Below, piece after piece: positions 8,949 to 19,317 of a DNA stretch of 64,000 nt. The notes beneath the pieces are model-generated. The model saw only the letters and a list, made by a program, of their open reading frames with translations, did not search any database and was not told the origin of the DNA. Position 1 is the first letter of the stretch, and each line of letters starts with the position of its first letter. Where the stretch lies: contig CAZKJM010000001.1 in the NCBI GenBank assembly GCA_964553245.1, positions 81,806 to 145,805 of the forward strand, written 5' to 3'. A program made the position numbers and the translations under genes. Origin of the DNA: an uncultured Gammaproteobacteria bacterium. GTDB lineage: Bacteria > Patescibacteriota > Microgenomatia > Levybacterales > UBA12049.

Positions 8949-10038
8949 AAATCTTAAAGGTTTCTATAGCAGTTTTTTTCCATGAAAATTTAGATGCTCT
9001 TTTATATGCATTTTCAATTTTATTTTTAAAATCCTGTTTTTTCTTTTTGTATACATAAATCATTTTTTCTTCCATATCAAAAATATCATAAGGGTCAAAG
9101 TAAATGGCATCATTTTTGCAGATTTCTTTGACTGATGGGATATTAGAAGCTAAAACTAAGCATTTATTTGAAATTGCTTCTATTACGGGTAAACCGAATC
9201 CTTCCATAAAAGAAGGCATTATTAATGCGATTGCTCCTCTGTATAATTCTTTAAGTTTTTCATCCGTAACTCGTCCTGTTAGAATAACTGATTTAGATAA
9301 TCCATCTTCATTTATTTTATTTTTTATTTTTTTATAAAAGTAATCCTCTTTTCCAACCATAAATAATTTTAGATCTTTAAATTGGTTATTAAGGTTTTTA
9401 AACGCATTTATTAAGCCCTCAAGATTTTTATGTGGGTATGCATTTCCAACATATAAAAAATATCTATCTCTGCTTTCCTTACTAAAAGTTTTACTACTAT
9501 TAACAATTTCAGACCCCTCATGAGTTATATAAATCATATCTTTATTAACTTTTAAGTGACTTATTACCTCCATTCTTGTAGCCTCAGATGGAACAATTAT
9601 TGCAATTGCTTTTTTAGCAATACTTTTAATAACAAATTTATATCCCAGTTTTTTAAATTTATAAATTGGCATAGGCAAAGTCGATGCTTTACCTGTTGAA
9701 TGATGATCTATTATTAAATCGTGAATCGTTACTATATATGGTTTACTGTAAAAAACCGGTACCGAAAAATAAGGAAAATGCATTAAATCTAGATTTTCTT
9801 TATAAATTATTTTAGGAAAAACAAATTGCTCTTTTAAAGAGTGCCAATTAATATCCGCTACTGTTAATTTGAAGTTTTTATTTTTAACATCTTTTTTTAT
9901 AGAAGTCTTGTCACTGCTTTTAATAAATAAAGTATATTCATTTTTTTTATCTATTTTCTGAAGTTCTTTTATTAAATTTCTAGTGTATCTGCCAATGCCA
10001 GTCTGGTTCCAAAATCTTGCATCAATACCAATTTTCAT
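8914..10038 (-). CDS. glycosyltransferase family 4 (GT-B)
   Basis: Motif EGFGLPVIEAISNKCLVLAS. 374 aa. N-terminal MKIGIDARF... GT4 N-domain. Confidence 0.8.
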   Translation of the reverse strand: MKIGIDARFWNQTGIGRYTRNLIKELQKIDKKNEYTLFIKSSDKTSIKKDVKNKNFKLTVADINWHSLKEQFVFPKIIYKENLDLMHFPYFSVPVFYSKPYIVTIHDLIIDHHSTGKASTLPMPIYKFKKLGYKFVIKSIAKKAIAIIVPSEATRMEVISHLKVNKDMIYITHEGSEIVNSSKTFSKESRDRYFLYVGNAYPHKNLEGLINAFKNLNNQFKDLKLFMVGKEDYFYKKIKNKINEDGLSKSVILTGRVTDEKLKELYRGAIALIMPSFMEGFGLPVIEAISNKCLVLASNIPSVKEICKNDAIYFDPYDIFDMEEKMIYVYKKKKQDFKNKIENAYKRASKFSWKKTAIETFKIYESCFSLRQNK

Positions 10039-10084
10039 AAACGAATTATAGCTAAATAAATCCGAGAAGACAATCTATTTTAAA

Positions 10085-10978
10085 TTAAGCACTTAATTTA
10101 GTAAGTTTTTCTTTCAAATTAATTGCAGAAAACATGATCCAATTAATAAAAAATGGGTATTTTTGTTTATAGTTTTTTTTATAAAAAATTCTCATTGCGT
10201 TAAATCTTGCCTTAGACACAATTTCTTTTGTTTTATTATCAGCTGTAGAAATTTCTGATGAAATCTTTTTTATTCCACCAGAAACTCCTTTATAGTGAAG
10301 AATTGCAACATCTGGAACATAATATATTTTCCATCCTTGTTTTTTTAATTGATAACAGAAATCAATATCTTCTCCATAAAAGAAATAGTCTTCGTCCCAC
10401 CAACCTGCTTCACTTCCAGCCTCTCTTTTAACAAGCATAAATGCTCCGGCAAGAGCATCGATTTCGTGAGTTTTATTTAAATCCATATAATTAAGGTTAT
10501 AACCATTGAGAATTTTTAATTTGGGGAATATTTTTGAAAGACCTGAGAAGTGACATAACGAATTCCATGGGGTTGGAAAACCTCTATGAGACGCATCATC
10601 AATTCTCCCATTAACTAAAAGCACTTTACAAGTAGCTGCTCCGGCATCTTCTGTTTTGTTCATAAAATTAATCATACGCTCAATCGTATTCTTATAAATA
10701 ACCGTGTCCGAGTTTAAAAATAGGATGTATTTGCCCTTTGCTTTTTTTAATCCCAAATTATTAGCTTTAGAAAAACCTAGATTCTTATTGCTTCTGATTA
10801 AATTTACTTTAGGAAATTTATCTTTTACCATTTCTACAGAATCATCAGTGGAATTATTGTCTACAACGATTACTTCATAATTTATTTTTCTTGAAATATT
10901 TTCAAAAACTGACTCCAAGCATTTTTTCAAAAAATTGCTTGTATTAAATGAAATAATTATTATAGATAAATCAACCAT
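10085..10978 (-). CDS. glycosyltransferase family 2 (GT-A)
   Basis: N-terminal LSIIIISFNTSNFLKKCLESV...VVDNNSTDDS (DxD-type GT2 signature). Confidence 0.8.
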   Translation of the reverse strand: MVDLSIIIISFNTSNFLKKCLESVFENISRKINYEVIVVDNNSTDDSVEMVKDKFPKVNLIRSNKNLGFSKANNLGLKKAKGKYILFLNSDTVIYKNTIERMINFMNKTEDAGAATCKVLLVNGRIDDASHRGFPTPWNSLCHFSGLSKIFPKLKILNGYNLNYMDLNKTHEIDALAGAFMLVKREAGSEAGWWDEDYFFYGEDIDFCYQLKKQGWKIYYVPDVAILHYKGVSGGIKKISSEISTADNKTKEIVSKARFNAMRIFYKKNYKQKYPFFINWIMFSAINLKEKLTKLSA

Positions 10979-10982
10979 AATT

Positions 10983-12152
10983 TTAAATCGATGCTTTATA
11001 TATATATTCTAATCTCTGCGCAATTTTTTTCCAGTCATATTTATCTTCGATTAATTCTCTTGCATTATTCGTTAGCTTTTCAAACAAATCTTTATTATTT
11101 AATAGGTCAATCAAGCATTTAGAAAATTCATAACTGTCTAATGCTGTTAATACGTGGGTTTTATTTTTTGCTCCAATTCCTTCTACGCCAAGCTCTGTGG
11201 TAACAACTCCAACTCCACTAGCCATTGCTTCAAGAATTTTAAAACTTGTTCCACCACCGATCCTTATTGGAGCAAGTAAAATATCTGTTTTCTTAAATAT
11301 TTCTTCTGTTTCTTCATTGTTGTTATAATCGAAAACTACGTTTTTAAAATCTCGACTTCTAAATGCTTCCGGAATATTTTTTCCAACAATCCATAATTGA
11401 GTATTATCTACTTTTTGTAATACTTTTGGCCAGATATCAAAAAGGATAAACTTTAACGCATCAATATTTTGCACCCATTTAAAATCTCCAATAAAAAGAA
11501 TTTTCTTGTTTTTATTTAAAAAATTTTTTTTATCAAATTTGAATTTTCCGATATCTACACCGTTTGGAATAACTTCTGCATTTTTAATCCCCATTAACGA
11601 CTTTTCTATGTCGGAAACCGCAATAAGTTTTTTTGCCTTTTTCCAAAACTGTTGCTCTTTTATTTTTAACTTATAAACATCCCAATATAAAAATGGCTTA
11701 AGAAAAAAAATCGCCCTGTCGGAAAATCTTTTATAAACTAGGTACTCAACATTATGCTCAACTAAAACTGTTGGCAAATTTGTTTTTGGAAGATTTTGAA
11801 ATACATACGAAGTTTCTATGTGAATAAGATCATATTTTTCATTTTTTAATTCATTTCTAATCTTTTTTCTTAGTAATTTATTCTTATGCCCTGTTATTAA
11901 AAACGGATTTAAAGAAAAAGCGGTTTTTATTATATTTTTAAAGCTCCATTGCTTAAATCTTGGGACAGTTAAAACTTTATCGCAAATTTCTTTGACTTTA
12001 CTTATTTCTTTTTCGTTTTGATTATCTCTTTTTTCACAAATTAAAGTAATTGAGTTTTTTTTTGATAGTTCTTTAATTAAGTTATAAAGCCTAATATGTC
12101 CTCCTGAATAAAGAGGATAAGGTAAAAAAGAAGAAATCATTAATATTCTCAT
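10983..12152 (-). CDS. glycosyltransferase family 4 (GT-B)
   Basis: 389 aa. C-domain with GGTSFKILEAMASGVGVVTT (GT1 motif). Confidence 0.75.
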   Translation of the reverse strand: MRILMISSFLPYPLYSGGHIRLYNLIKELSKKNSITLICEKRDNQNEKEISKVKEICDKVLTVPRFKQWSFKNIIKTAFSLNPFLITGHKNKLLRKKIRNELKNEKYDLIHIETSYVFQNLPKTNLPTVLVEHNVEYLVYKRFSDRAIFFLKPFLYWDVYKLKIKEQQFWKKAKKLIAVSDIEKSLMGIKNAEVIPNGVDIGKFKFDKKNFLNKNKKILFIGDFKWVQNIDALKFILFDIWPKVLQKVDNTQLWIVGKNIPEAFRSRDFKNVVFDYNNNEETEEIFKKTDILLAPIRIGGGTSFKILEAMASGVGVVTTELGVEGIGAKNKTHVLTALDSYEFSKCLIDLLNNKDLFEKLTNNARELIEDKYDWKKIAQRLEYIYKASI

Positions 12153-13618
12153 GGCTTTTCTTTTAAATTAAACAATGCGAAATCCGAGGTTGCTTTTATA
12201 ATTTTATATTCTTTTCCAATTTCTAAATCTTTTTCTGTTGGACTAATGATTGCCAAGTAATCTGCTCCCAGTAAAGACATTTGAGAAAGGGAATTTTGAA
12301 AACTTGCCCAACCTTTTCTTTTTGTCTGATAAAGAAAAGATGTATCTCCATTGTAATTTGCGATTATTTTTGCATCTTTTGGAATTAATTTATCAATTTC
12401 TTCTCCTGCAATAACTATTGAACGATTATTAATATTAAAAAAATCTCTTACAATATACCAACTAAAGAAAAATGTAAACAAAACTATAAGCGCAAATATT
12501 AAATAAGAAATAATTTTGTTTGTTAAATTTTTATTATTTAACAAGAACGAGCTACCTACTCCAAGATAAACAGCAATACTTGGAATTATTAAAATTTGGT
12601 AATAATCATGTTGAACATTTCCTCTTGCTATTACAAATAAATATAATAATGACGACAACGAAAACGAAAATAAAAATAATAAATCATTTTTCTTTTGCCT
12701 TGCGATAAACCCCAATATGAAAAGTCCAATTCCCCAAAATCCTAAAATTAATTTTCCAATTCTTTCTGCAAATATCCAGTAAAAAAAGGATCCTTTAAAT
12801 CGTATATTCCCTCCGTTAAAAAGCCAGTCGCTTGCAGGAATACCTTCTGGGTATTGACTAATCCAAAATCTCCATAAAATAAGCGGAATAATAGAAATAA
12901 CTGCGTAAAGCCATAAATTCCATTTTTTAAGAAAGCTTAAACCAAATTTTTCGTAAGAAAGATATATTAATGGCAGCGTAAAAAATAAGGCATATGGTTT
13001 AACCAAAAAAGCTAAAGTTGTAAATAATAAGCTTAAGATGAACTGATGATTAAAGATTGATAACCTAAGGTCTTTATTAAGCCATTTATCAAAAAAATAA
13101 ATTCCCCCAAGATTTAAGGTAACCATCAATGGATCAGGAAGGATTGTTCTTGAGTAATAAATATTGAATGGCAAAAATAAAAAGAAAAAATACGTCAATA
13201 ATCCAGTCAAGAATCCAAATCTTTTTCTAATAATAAGAAAAAGAAAAAGCCCTGAAAAAACTGAACCAAAAATATTGATCAGTCTTCCCCACTCTTCCAA
13301 GCTTAAAAAATTAAACAAAATAAATCCACCTGCTTGAAGCGCATTAAAAACCGGAAATTCCACAAATCTATATCCTTGAGGATTATTTATTCCTGATGGC
13401 ACATTCGACAAATCGTCAAACCGCGGATGTAAGAAATCAAAACCGTTATTGACAAAATTTCTTGAAACAGATGATGTATCCGCTTGTCTCCATGAATGCC
13501 AATCTGCAATTGGGTTATTAAATCCATAAAATCTTACTAAAAAACCAAGGATGAACAAAATAACCACGGAAATAATTTTATTTTTATTATTTTTGAGCAT
13601 TTTTCTTAACTTCCGCAT
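12149..13618 (-). CDS. polytopic membrane glycosyltransferase, GT-C fold, PMT/ArnT-like variant
   Basis: 489 aa with about 10-12 predicted TM helices. The first extracytoplasmic loop carries an acidic motif (ADWHSWRQADTSSVSRNF...EFPVFNAL) resembling the DE/HPPL region of the GT39/GT83 families. Confidence 0.55.
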   Translation of the reverse strand: MRKLRKMLKNNKNKIISVVILFILGFLVRFYGFNNPIADWHSWRQADTSSVSRNFVNNGFDFLHPRFDDLSNVPSGINNPQGYRFVEFPVFNALQAGGFILFNFLSLEEWGRLINIFGSVFSGLFLFLIIRKRFGFLTGLLTYFFFLFLPFNIYYSRTILPDPLMVTLNLGGIYFFDKWLNKDLRLSIFNHQFILSLLFTTLAFLVKPYALFFTLPLIYLSYEKFGLSFLKKWNLWLYAVISIIPLILWRFWISQYPEGIPASDWLFNGGNIRFKGSFFYWIFAERIGKLILGFWGIGLFILGFIARQKKNDLLFLFSFSLSSLLYLFVIARGNVQHDYYQILIIPSIAVYLGVGSSFLLNNKNLTNKIISYLIFALIVLFTFFFSWYIVRDFFNINNRSIVIAGEEIDKLIPKDAKIIANYNGDTSFLYQTKRKGWASFQNSLSQMSLLGADYLAIISPTEKDLEIGKEYKIIKATSDFALFNLKEKP

Positions 13619-16600
13619 CTAAGATTACTTGATAGTCTGTTACGCTTCCATCGCTATTAAATATTAAAATCTTTTTATCCAAAGACATCTCTGTACTTCT
13701 TAATGCTATATTTAAATCAAGATATTTATTGATTTTTATATTGTCGTTTTTAAAAGACAACCAAACTGCATCCTCTATTCCTACCGGAAAAACCCAAGCA
13801 TCACCGTATTTAATCGGAACATCAACAAAGTTCAACTCAACGGGACCTTTCGCCCACTCGTTTTTATATATTGAATCTATAGAAATAAAAAATTTCTTGC
13901 ACTTATCTCCCGCTCCTAACCAATCAAAGGATGTTTGCCGTAAGCTAATGATGTGGAAAAGAGAATATGTACTAATTAATATAAAAATTGAAAAAACTGC
14001 TATTTGTCTACCGTTAACTAATAAGAATTCAAAAAACTTCTTAACCAAAAGAACAAGAATAAAGATTATTCCAATTGATGCAAGATAACTGTATCTTGAA
14101 GTAATATTTCCAAGACCTATAAAGGGGAGAAGCGAAACCACAAAAAATATAAAACTGAATAAAATAATTCCTTTTTCGTTCCTTTCAAATGCTCGTAAAA
14201 TATTTTTATATACGATGTATAAAATAAATACCACAATTAATATTATTAATGTCGAAGCCAAAATATTTTCTCTTGCATTTATTCTTATTGACTCATAAAT
14301 AGGCAGAGCTATCGGACCCAATAATGTAATAAAAATATAACCGAAAATATTTCCAATAAAGTTAAGAGGTAGTTTTACAAGATTATAGTTATAATCCCCA
14401 TTTAACCAGTGACTGTTTGATAAATATCTTGCGATTAAATAGATAGCTACCGGAATAAAAAAACTTAAAAAGTCCTTTCTTCTAAGAAATGTTTTTATAT
14501 TTGTAATCGAATTATCCTTAAATTTATAAGCTAAGACAAGAAGCGGTAACGCAACTCCTAATTCGTGAAACAACAAGGACATTGCAAAAGAAATAAAAGA
14601 CAGAATAAAAAGATAAAATTTTCGTTTCTCGTCCCAATTAATAAATAATATTAAACCCAGTAATCCAAAAAATGCATTGAACAGGTGTCCTGTCGGAGCA
14701 ATCCAATAGACCATTTCTAGTGATCCGCTCATTGTTAAGAATAATACTGACGCAAAAAATGCTAATAATTTTCTATTAAATACTTTTCTTCCTAAAATAA
14801 AAACTAAGACCGAAATTGCAAAATGCAGAAAAATGGAAACCGAATGATAGACAACTTGATTCAGCCAAAAAATGTTATACATAAAATAAAAGTAAACTTT
14901 TGTTCCTGGTCTATAAAAAAAACCGTCAGACGAGGTAAAAAAACCTAATATTCCATTTTTTGCATCAGCCGCCCATCTAAGCCATGTAAAATCATCGCCT
15001 GTAAAAAAGCTCTCTATGCTTGAAGAAAACAAAAAGAAGGCAATAAAAAATAAATATATCGCAATTGCCCAAGTTGACGTGGCAATCTTTTTTAACTCAG
15101 GCAACAGACTTATTGATTTTTTTTGATAAAGAACAAGCGTTGCAAAAGCTAACCCCATTAAAATCCATAATACAAAAGCAATCTTTGAAGCTTCAAACAC
15201 ATCAATTAACGTTGCATTTAAAGCAAGACCTATCACTCCTGCAACAAAACCCAAAATAAAACTTTTTGCAATTTTCGAGTCAATATCCGGCCAAATTTTT
15301 TTTACATAAACTCCAAAAGATAAAAATATCGCTAAAAAGGAAATAAGACCCAAAAGCCCTACTTCCCCAAGTAATCTAAGATAATTATTGTCAACTGCAA
15401 GACTTACCGAACCATAACCGCTACCTAATAATATGTTTCTATTAAACGCATCAAGAGCCCTTGGCCATTCTCCCTGAAACCTCGTTGTAAAAGACATATC
15501 GTAAGCAGCTGCTCTTTTAACTATAAAATCGCCGTGTAAAACTAAATGATCTGCGCCAATTTTTTCTTTGGCATTTGGAGGAAACTCATAAAAAAAACTA
15601 TCTAATCTATTAACTACTGGTGATAATAATAGATTAATATAACCTGTTCCTTGGGGTAGATTTTCTCCGGTTGAGATGTTTGTTGCAACAACTAATGGTA
15701 CCTTTTCTGGAATATATTTATGGTCTAAAATCGCAGTTGGAGAAGCAAGGGGATCATTTTTATCTCCAGTTAATGCCCTATTTAATTCTTCTTTATCTTT
15801 AACATTTTTTTGTAGTACTATTTTATTTTTAAAGTATTCTTGGTTAACAAATTTAACGTGGCCAACCGACTCTCCTGTTTTTGCATCAACTAACACGTCT
15901 ACTTCTTTAACTGTGCTTTTAAAACGATCAAAAAGAGATGTTTGAAAACTAAGTATTAATATTGAAGAAACTAAAATTATCGGAATCGAGATCAATACAA
16001 GTTTTTTCTTTTGAAAGAAAAGGACTATAAATAACGAAACCAGTAAAACAAAAAAAGAAACTCTCGATACAGTCATAAATAAAAGAATAAATCCAAAAAT
16101 CGAAGTAACTAAAAGAACAAATTTTAAAAGTAGGTTTTTAATTCCGAAAAATAAACTAACAATAATTGGAATTATTAACACCAAATAAGCTGCCAAATCA
16201 TAATGCCCCGCAAAAGTTGACGGAACTCTTGATAATTGAGATAACTGGATTGGAGTACCTTTGGCAAACTCTTCATTCATTGTTAAATAAGCCGGAAAAC
16301 CAAGATATTTTTGACCAAAGCCATATCCAATTACTGCAATAAGTGAGATAACAAGAGCGGCAACTATAAAAGGAAGGTATTTTTTATTTTTCATTCCCTG
16401 AAAAGCAATAAAAAATAAGCTCATGTATTCTATATGTCTTAAGAGGCTCAAGAATGCCACGTTTGGAAAAACATTCGCAATTTTAGGAAAAATCAATAAT
16501 ATTCCATGAAGCGTTGCAACTATTCCAATAGACCAAAAAATAAAAATCGGCATTGTCAAGGGCGTTTTTAAATTGATTTTTTTTAAGAATAAAAGGGCAA

Positions 16601-16769
16601 CCCAAAACAAAAGAACAAATAAAACAATAAAATCTTCAAGTCTTACATATACCCATGTATTTCTAATATCAACCATTGGTATTTTAGGATAAAGCGGAAT
16701 AAATGCTAGTAAAAAAAGTGATATTAAAAATAAAATATTATTCTTAATAAAAGCAATTAATTTATTCAT
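13587..16769 (-). CDS. 1060-aa fusion membrane protein: N-terminal O-antigen-ligase/polymerase-like (Wzy_C-type) domain plus C-terminal GT-C-like polytopic domain
   Basis: The N-half has many TM helices, a large extracytoplasmic loop of about 190 aa, and a GSGYGSVSLAVDNNYLRLLGEVGLLGL block that matches the WaaL/Wzy_C signature (GxGxG...HNxYLxxLxExGxxG; here D replaces H). The C-half (from ...FFTGDDFTWLRWAAD...) resembles the first-loop region of the GT-C-like paralogs at 58275..60572 and 60569..62203. Confidence 0.6.
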   Translation of the reverse strand: MNKLIAFIKNNILFLISLFLLAFIPLYPKIPMVDIRNTWVYVRLEDFIVLFVLLFWVALLFLKKINLKTPLTMPIFIFWSIGIVATLHGILLIFPKIANVFPNVAFLSLLRHIEYMSLFFIAFQGMKNKKYLPFIVAALVISLIAVIGYGFGQKYLGFPAYLTMNEEFAKGTPIQLSQLSRVPSTFAGHYDLAAYLVLIIPIIVSLFFGIKNLLLKFVLLVTSIFGFILLFMTVSRVSFFVLLVSLFIVLFFQKKKLVLISIPIILVSSILILSFQTSLFDRFKSTVKEVDVLVDAKTGESVGHVKFVNQEYFKNKIVLQKNVKDKEELNRALTGDKNDPLASPTAILDHKYIPEKVPLVVATNISTGENLPQGTGYINLLLSPVVNRLDSFFYEFPPNAKEKIGADHLVLHGDFIVKRAAAYDMSFTTRFQGEWPRALDAFNRNILLGSGYGSVSLAVDNNYLRLLGEVGLLGLISFLAIFLSFGVYVKKIWPDIDSKIAKSFILGFVAGVIGLALNATLIDVFEASKIAFVLWILMGLAFATLVLYQKKSISLLPELKKIATSTWAIAIYLFFIAFFLFSSSIESFFTGDDFTWLRWAADAKNGILGFFTSSDGFFYRPGTKVYFYFMYNIFWLNQVVYHSVSIFLHFAISVLVFILGRKVFNRKLLAFFASVLFLTMSGSLEMVYWIAPTGHLFNAFFGLLGLILFINWDEKRKFYLFILSFISFAMSLLFHELGVALPLLVLAYKFKDNSITNIKTFLRRKDFLSFFIPVAIYLIARYLSNSHWLNGDYNYNLVKLPLNFIGNIFGYIFITLLGPIALPIYESIRINARENILASTLIILIVVFILYIVYKNILRAFERNEKGIILFSFIFFVVSLLPFIGLGNITSRYSYLASIGIIFILVLLVKKFFEFLLVNGRQIAVFSIFILISTYSLFHIISLRQTSFDWLGAGDKCKKFFISIDSIYKNEWAKGPVELNFVDVPIKYGDAWVFPVGIEDAVWLSFKNDNIKINKYLDLNIALRSTEMSLDKKILIFNSDGSVTDYQVILDAEVKKNAQK

Positions 16770-17632
16770 ATTTTAAAAGCCTCTAGGTAAGTATTTTCTA
16801 AATATTTATTATTGACTATTTTGCCTAAAACCACAAGAATCAATGCCTTTGTTTTAAGGAAAAATACTGCAATTAGATACTGCCATCTTGGTTTATATTT
16901 TTTATAGAAAAATTTTATGCCTTTATAAATATTTAGTATCGCAAATGTTTTATTACTGCTTCCTCTCTCTTTGTGAATTATTTCTATATCTTTATAAAAA
17001 TAAGTATCAAAACCTCTTAATTTTGCTCTAAAACAAAGTTCCTGATCTTCCATATACATAAAAATTTCTTTTTCAAACATTCCCAGTTTATTAAATAAAT
17101 CTTTTTTTATCATCAAGCTTGCTCCACTTACCCAATCAACTTTTTTGTTATTTTTGGGGCTAAATCTTAAAAATTCAAACCTTTCAAGCCCTAAAAGCAT
17201 TAAAAAAAGATTAAAGAGTGTATAAAATTTTCCTGCTGATTTTTGAATCGATCCGTTGGGAAATTTTAATTTTGCACCCAATATTCCGATTTTTTTATTT
17301 CCCTTCATAAACTCAATCATTTTTAAAAATCCTCTATCTTTAACTTCTGTATCCGAGTTTAGAAATAATAAATATTCTCCCTTAGCTTTATCAGCGCCAA
17401 GATTGCAACCCTTGGAGAATCCAAGGTTTTCTTTTAATTCAATTAATTTAATTTTTGAACTCAATTTTTTAAATGAGGAGATAGAATCATCAATTGAATT
17501 ATTGTCCACAAGAATGACTTCTAGCTCTTTTGAATCTAATTCTTTCTTATATTCTTTGTAAATTGATTCAACGCAAGATGTAGTTAAGTCTTTTGTATTG
17601 TAGTTTAAAATAACTATAGAAAGAGTAGTCAT
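16766..17632 (-). CDS. glycosyltransferase family 2 (GT-A)
   Basis: LSIVILNYNTKDLTTSCVESI...VDNNSIDDS signature. 288 aa. Confidence 0.8.
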   Translation of the reverse strand: MTTLSIVILNYNTKDLTTSCVESIYKEYKKELDSKELEVILVDNNSIDDSISSFKKLSSKIKLIELKENLGFSKGCNLGADKAKGEYLLFLNSDTEVKDRGFLKMIEFMKGNKKIGILGAKLKFPNGSIQKSAGKFYTLFNLFLMLLGLERFEFLRFSPKNNKKVDWVSGASLMIKKDLFNKLGMFEKEIFMYMEDQELCFRAKLRGFDTYFYKDIEIIHKERGSSNKTFAILNIYKGIKFFYKKYKPRWQYLIAVFFLKTKALILVVLGKIVNNKYLENTYLEAFKI

Positions 17633-17640
17633 TATATAAA

Positions 17641-18195
17641 TTATCTAAACCAGGCGGGTCTACCAAGTTTGTAATTTAGCTCTTTTACTTCTCGTTTCTT
17701 TATCGGCTTTGCGGGAACGCCTCCAACAACCATATTTTCCTCAACGTCTCGATTAACTACTGCTCCAGCTGCAATAATTGCACCTTTTTTAATCGTCACT
17801 CCAGGAAGGATTATTGATCTTGGTCCAACAAAAACATAATCTTCAATCACAACTGGTTCTGTTATTGCTTTAAACTTAGAATCATTAATATCATGCTCTG
17901 CGTTATAGACCATTACCTCTGAGGCGAAATCAACGTGATCTCCGATTATTAATTTATCTCTTCCATCCAAAACCACACCTTCTCCGATAACCGTATCCTG
18001 ACCGATTCTAATGCCACTTGGTTTATAAAACCTTGCGTTCGTATGAATTGCTGATCCTCTACCGATCCGCATTCCAGAAAGTCTATAAAAAAACTTCCTA
18101 AATTCGTGAGAGGGAACATGTCCAATCCAAATTAGAAGCATATTTAAAAATTCCAGTGAAATTGCTTTTATTCTTCTTGTTATTTTTTCTCCCAT
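17641..18195 (-). CDS. hexapeptide-repeat (left-handed beta-helix) sugar O-acetyltransferase (WcaF/maltose-acetyltransferase-like)
   Basis: Repeated [LIV]-G-x-x-x-x hexapeptide units (IGQDTVIGEGVVLDG...IGDHVDFASEV...). 184 aa. Confidence 0.75.
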   Translation of the reverse strand: MGEKITRRIKAISLEFLNMLLIWIGHVPSHEFRKFFYRLSGMRIGRGSAIHTNARFYKPSGIRIGQDTVIGEGVVLDGRDKLIIGDHVDFASEVMVYNAEHDINDSKFKAITEPVVIEDYVFVGPRSIILPGVTIKKGAIIAAGAVVNRDVEENMVVGGVPAKPIKKREVKELNYKLGRPAWFR

Positions 18196-18215
18196 ATATT
18201 TTAAGCTTAATACAT

Positions 18216-19313
18216 CTATTTTTTATTTACCAATTCTTCCAGTGCTTTTAAAGTCTCTCTTGCTGTTTTTTCCCATGAAAATTTTTTAACCTGCTCATAA
18301 CCTTTTTTAATCATTTGTGCTCTTAGTTTCTCATTTTTTAAAACCTGATTAATTTTTGTTGTAATGTCGGAAACATTTTCTGGATCAATATAAACGGCAG
18401 CATCTCCACCTGCTTCGGGAAGAGAGGAAATATTGCTGGTAATTACAGGGCAACCGTATTTCATTGCCTCAAGTACAGGAAGACCAAATCCTTCATACAA
18501 AGATGGTAAAACAAAACATTTTGCATTTTTATAAAGTGACGGTAAATCTTCATTAGTTACAAAATCTAGAAACTTAACCCTATCCCTAACCTTATATTTA
18601 TCAGGAGCCGCTAATATTTCTTCATATAGCCAGCCTTTCTTACCAACAATAACTAAATCAACTTTTTTATCTTCAATTTTTGAGAATGCCTCAATTAGTC
18701 TCGAAGTATTTTTTCTTGGCTGAAGAGTCCCAACGAATAATAAGTACTGTTTATCTATTCCAAATTTCTTTAAGTCTGTATTTTTCATATCTTTTAACTG
18801 CTTAATGCCTGGGTAGGTCACAACTATCTTTTTTGAATCCACTTTATATTCTCTAATTATATCACTCTTGCTGGACTTGCTAATTGTAAAGATTAACTTT
18901 GCATTTACTGCAGAATATCTAGTCCAATTTATTAATTGATATAAATCATTTTTTTTAAATAAATCTGGAAAATGAATATAGGAAAGATCCATTATGGAAA
19001 TTGCTGTTGATGTAGGTGAGTATCTTGGGGCATAATGAGACGGTGTAAAAAAAACATCAGTTTTCTCTTTTTCAAACATTAATCTAAAAGGGAGAGCAAT
19101 TTGAGTCCACATTTTTTTAGGTCCAATTACTTTGTATTTCCAATTGCTAGACTCATTTGGCATATCTGAAAGAGGATTATCTTTTAGGTAAATTCTAAAA
19201 TCTAAATTCTGAGTCTTGAATTCATTGAGTTGCTTAAGCAACTCATATGCGTACTCACCTATTCCAACTCTATTTTTTACATTGGCTTCATTACCATCAA
19301 TTCCTATTATCAT
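18216..19313 (-). CDS. glycosyltransferase family 4 (GT-B)
   Basis: EGFGLPVLEAMKYGCPVITSN motif. 365 aa. Complete N- and C-domains. Confidence 0.8.
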   Translation of the reverse strand: MIIGIDGNEANVKNRVGIGEYAYELLKQLNEFKTQNLDFRIYLKDNPLSDMPNESSNWKYKVIGPKKMWTQIALPFRLMFEKEKTDVFFTPSHYAPRYSPTSTAISIMDLSYIHFPDLFKKNDLYQLINWTRYSAVNAKLIFTISKSSKSDIIREYKVDSKKIVVTYPGIKQLKDMKNTDLKKFGIDKQYLLFVGTLQPRKNTSRLIEAFSKIEDKKVDLVIVGKKGWLYEEILAAPDKYKVRDRVKFLDFVTNEDLPSLYKNAKCFVLPSLYEGFGLPVLEAMKYGCPVITSNISSLPEAGGDAAVYIDPENVSDITTKINQVLKNEKLRAQMIKKGYEQVKKFSWEKTARETLKALEELVNKK

Positions 19314-19317
19314 AATC

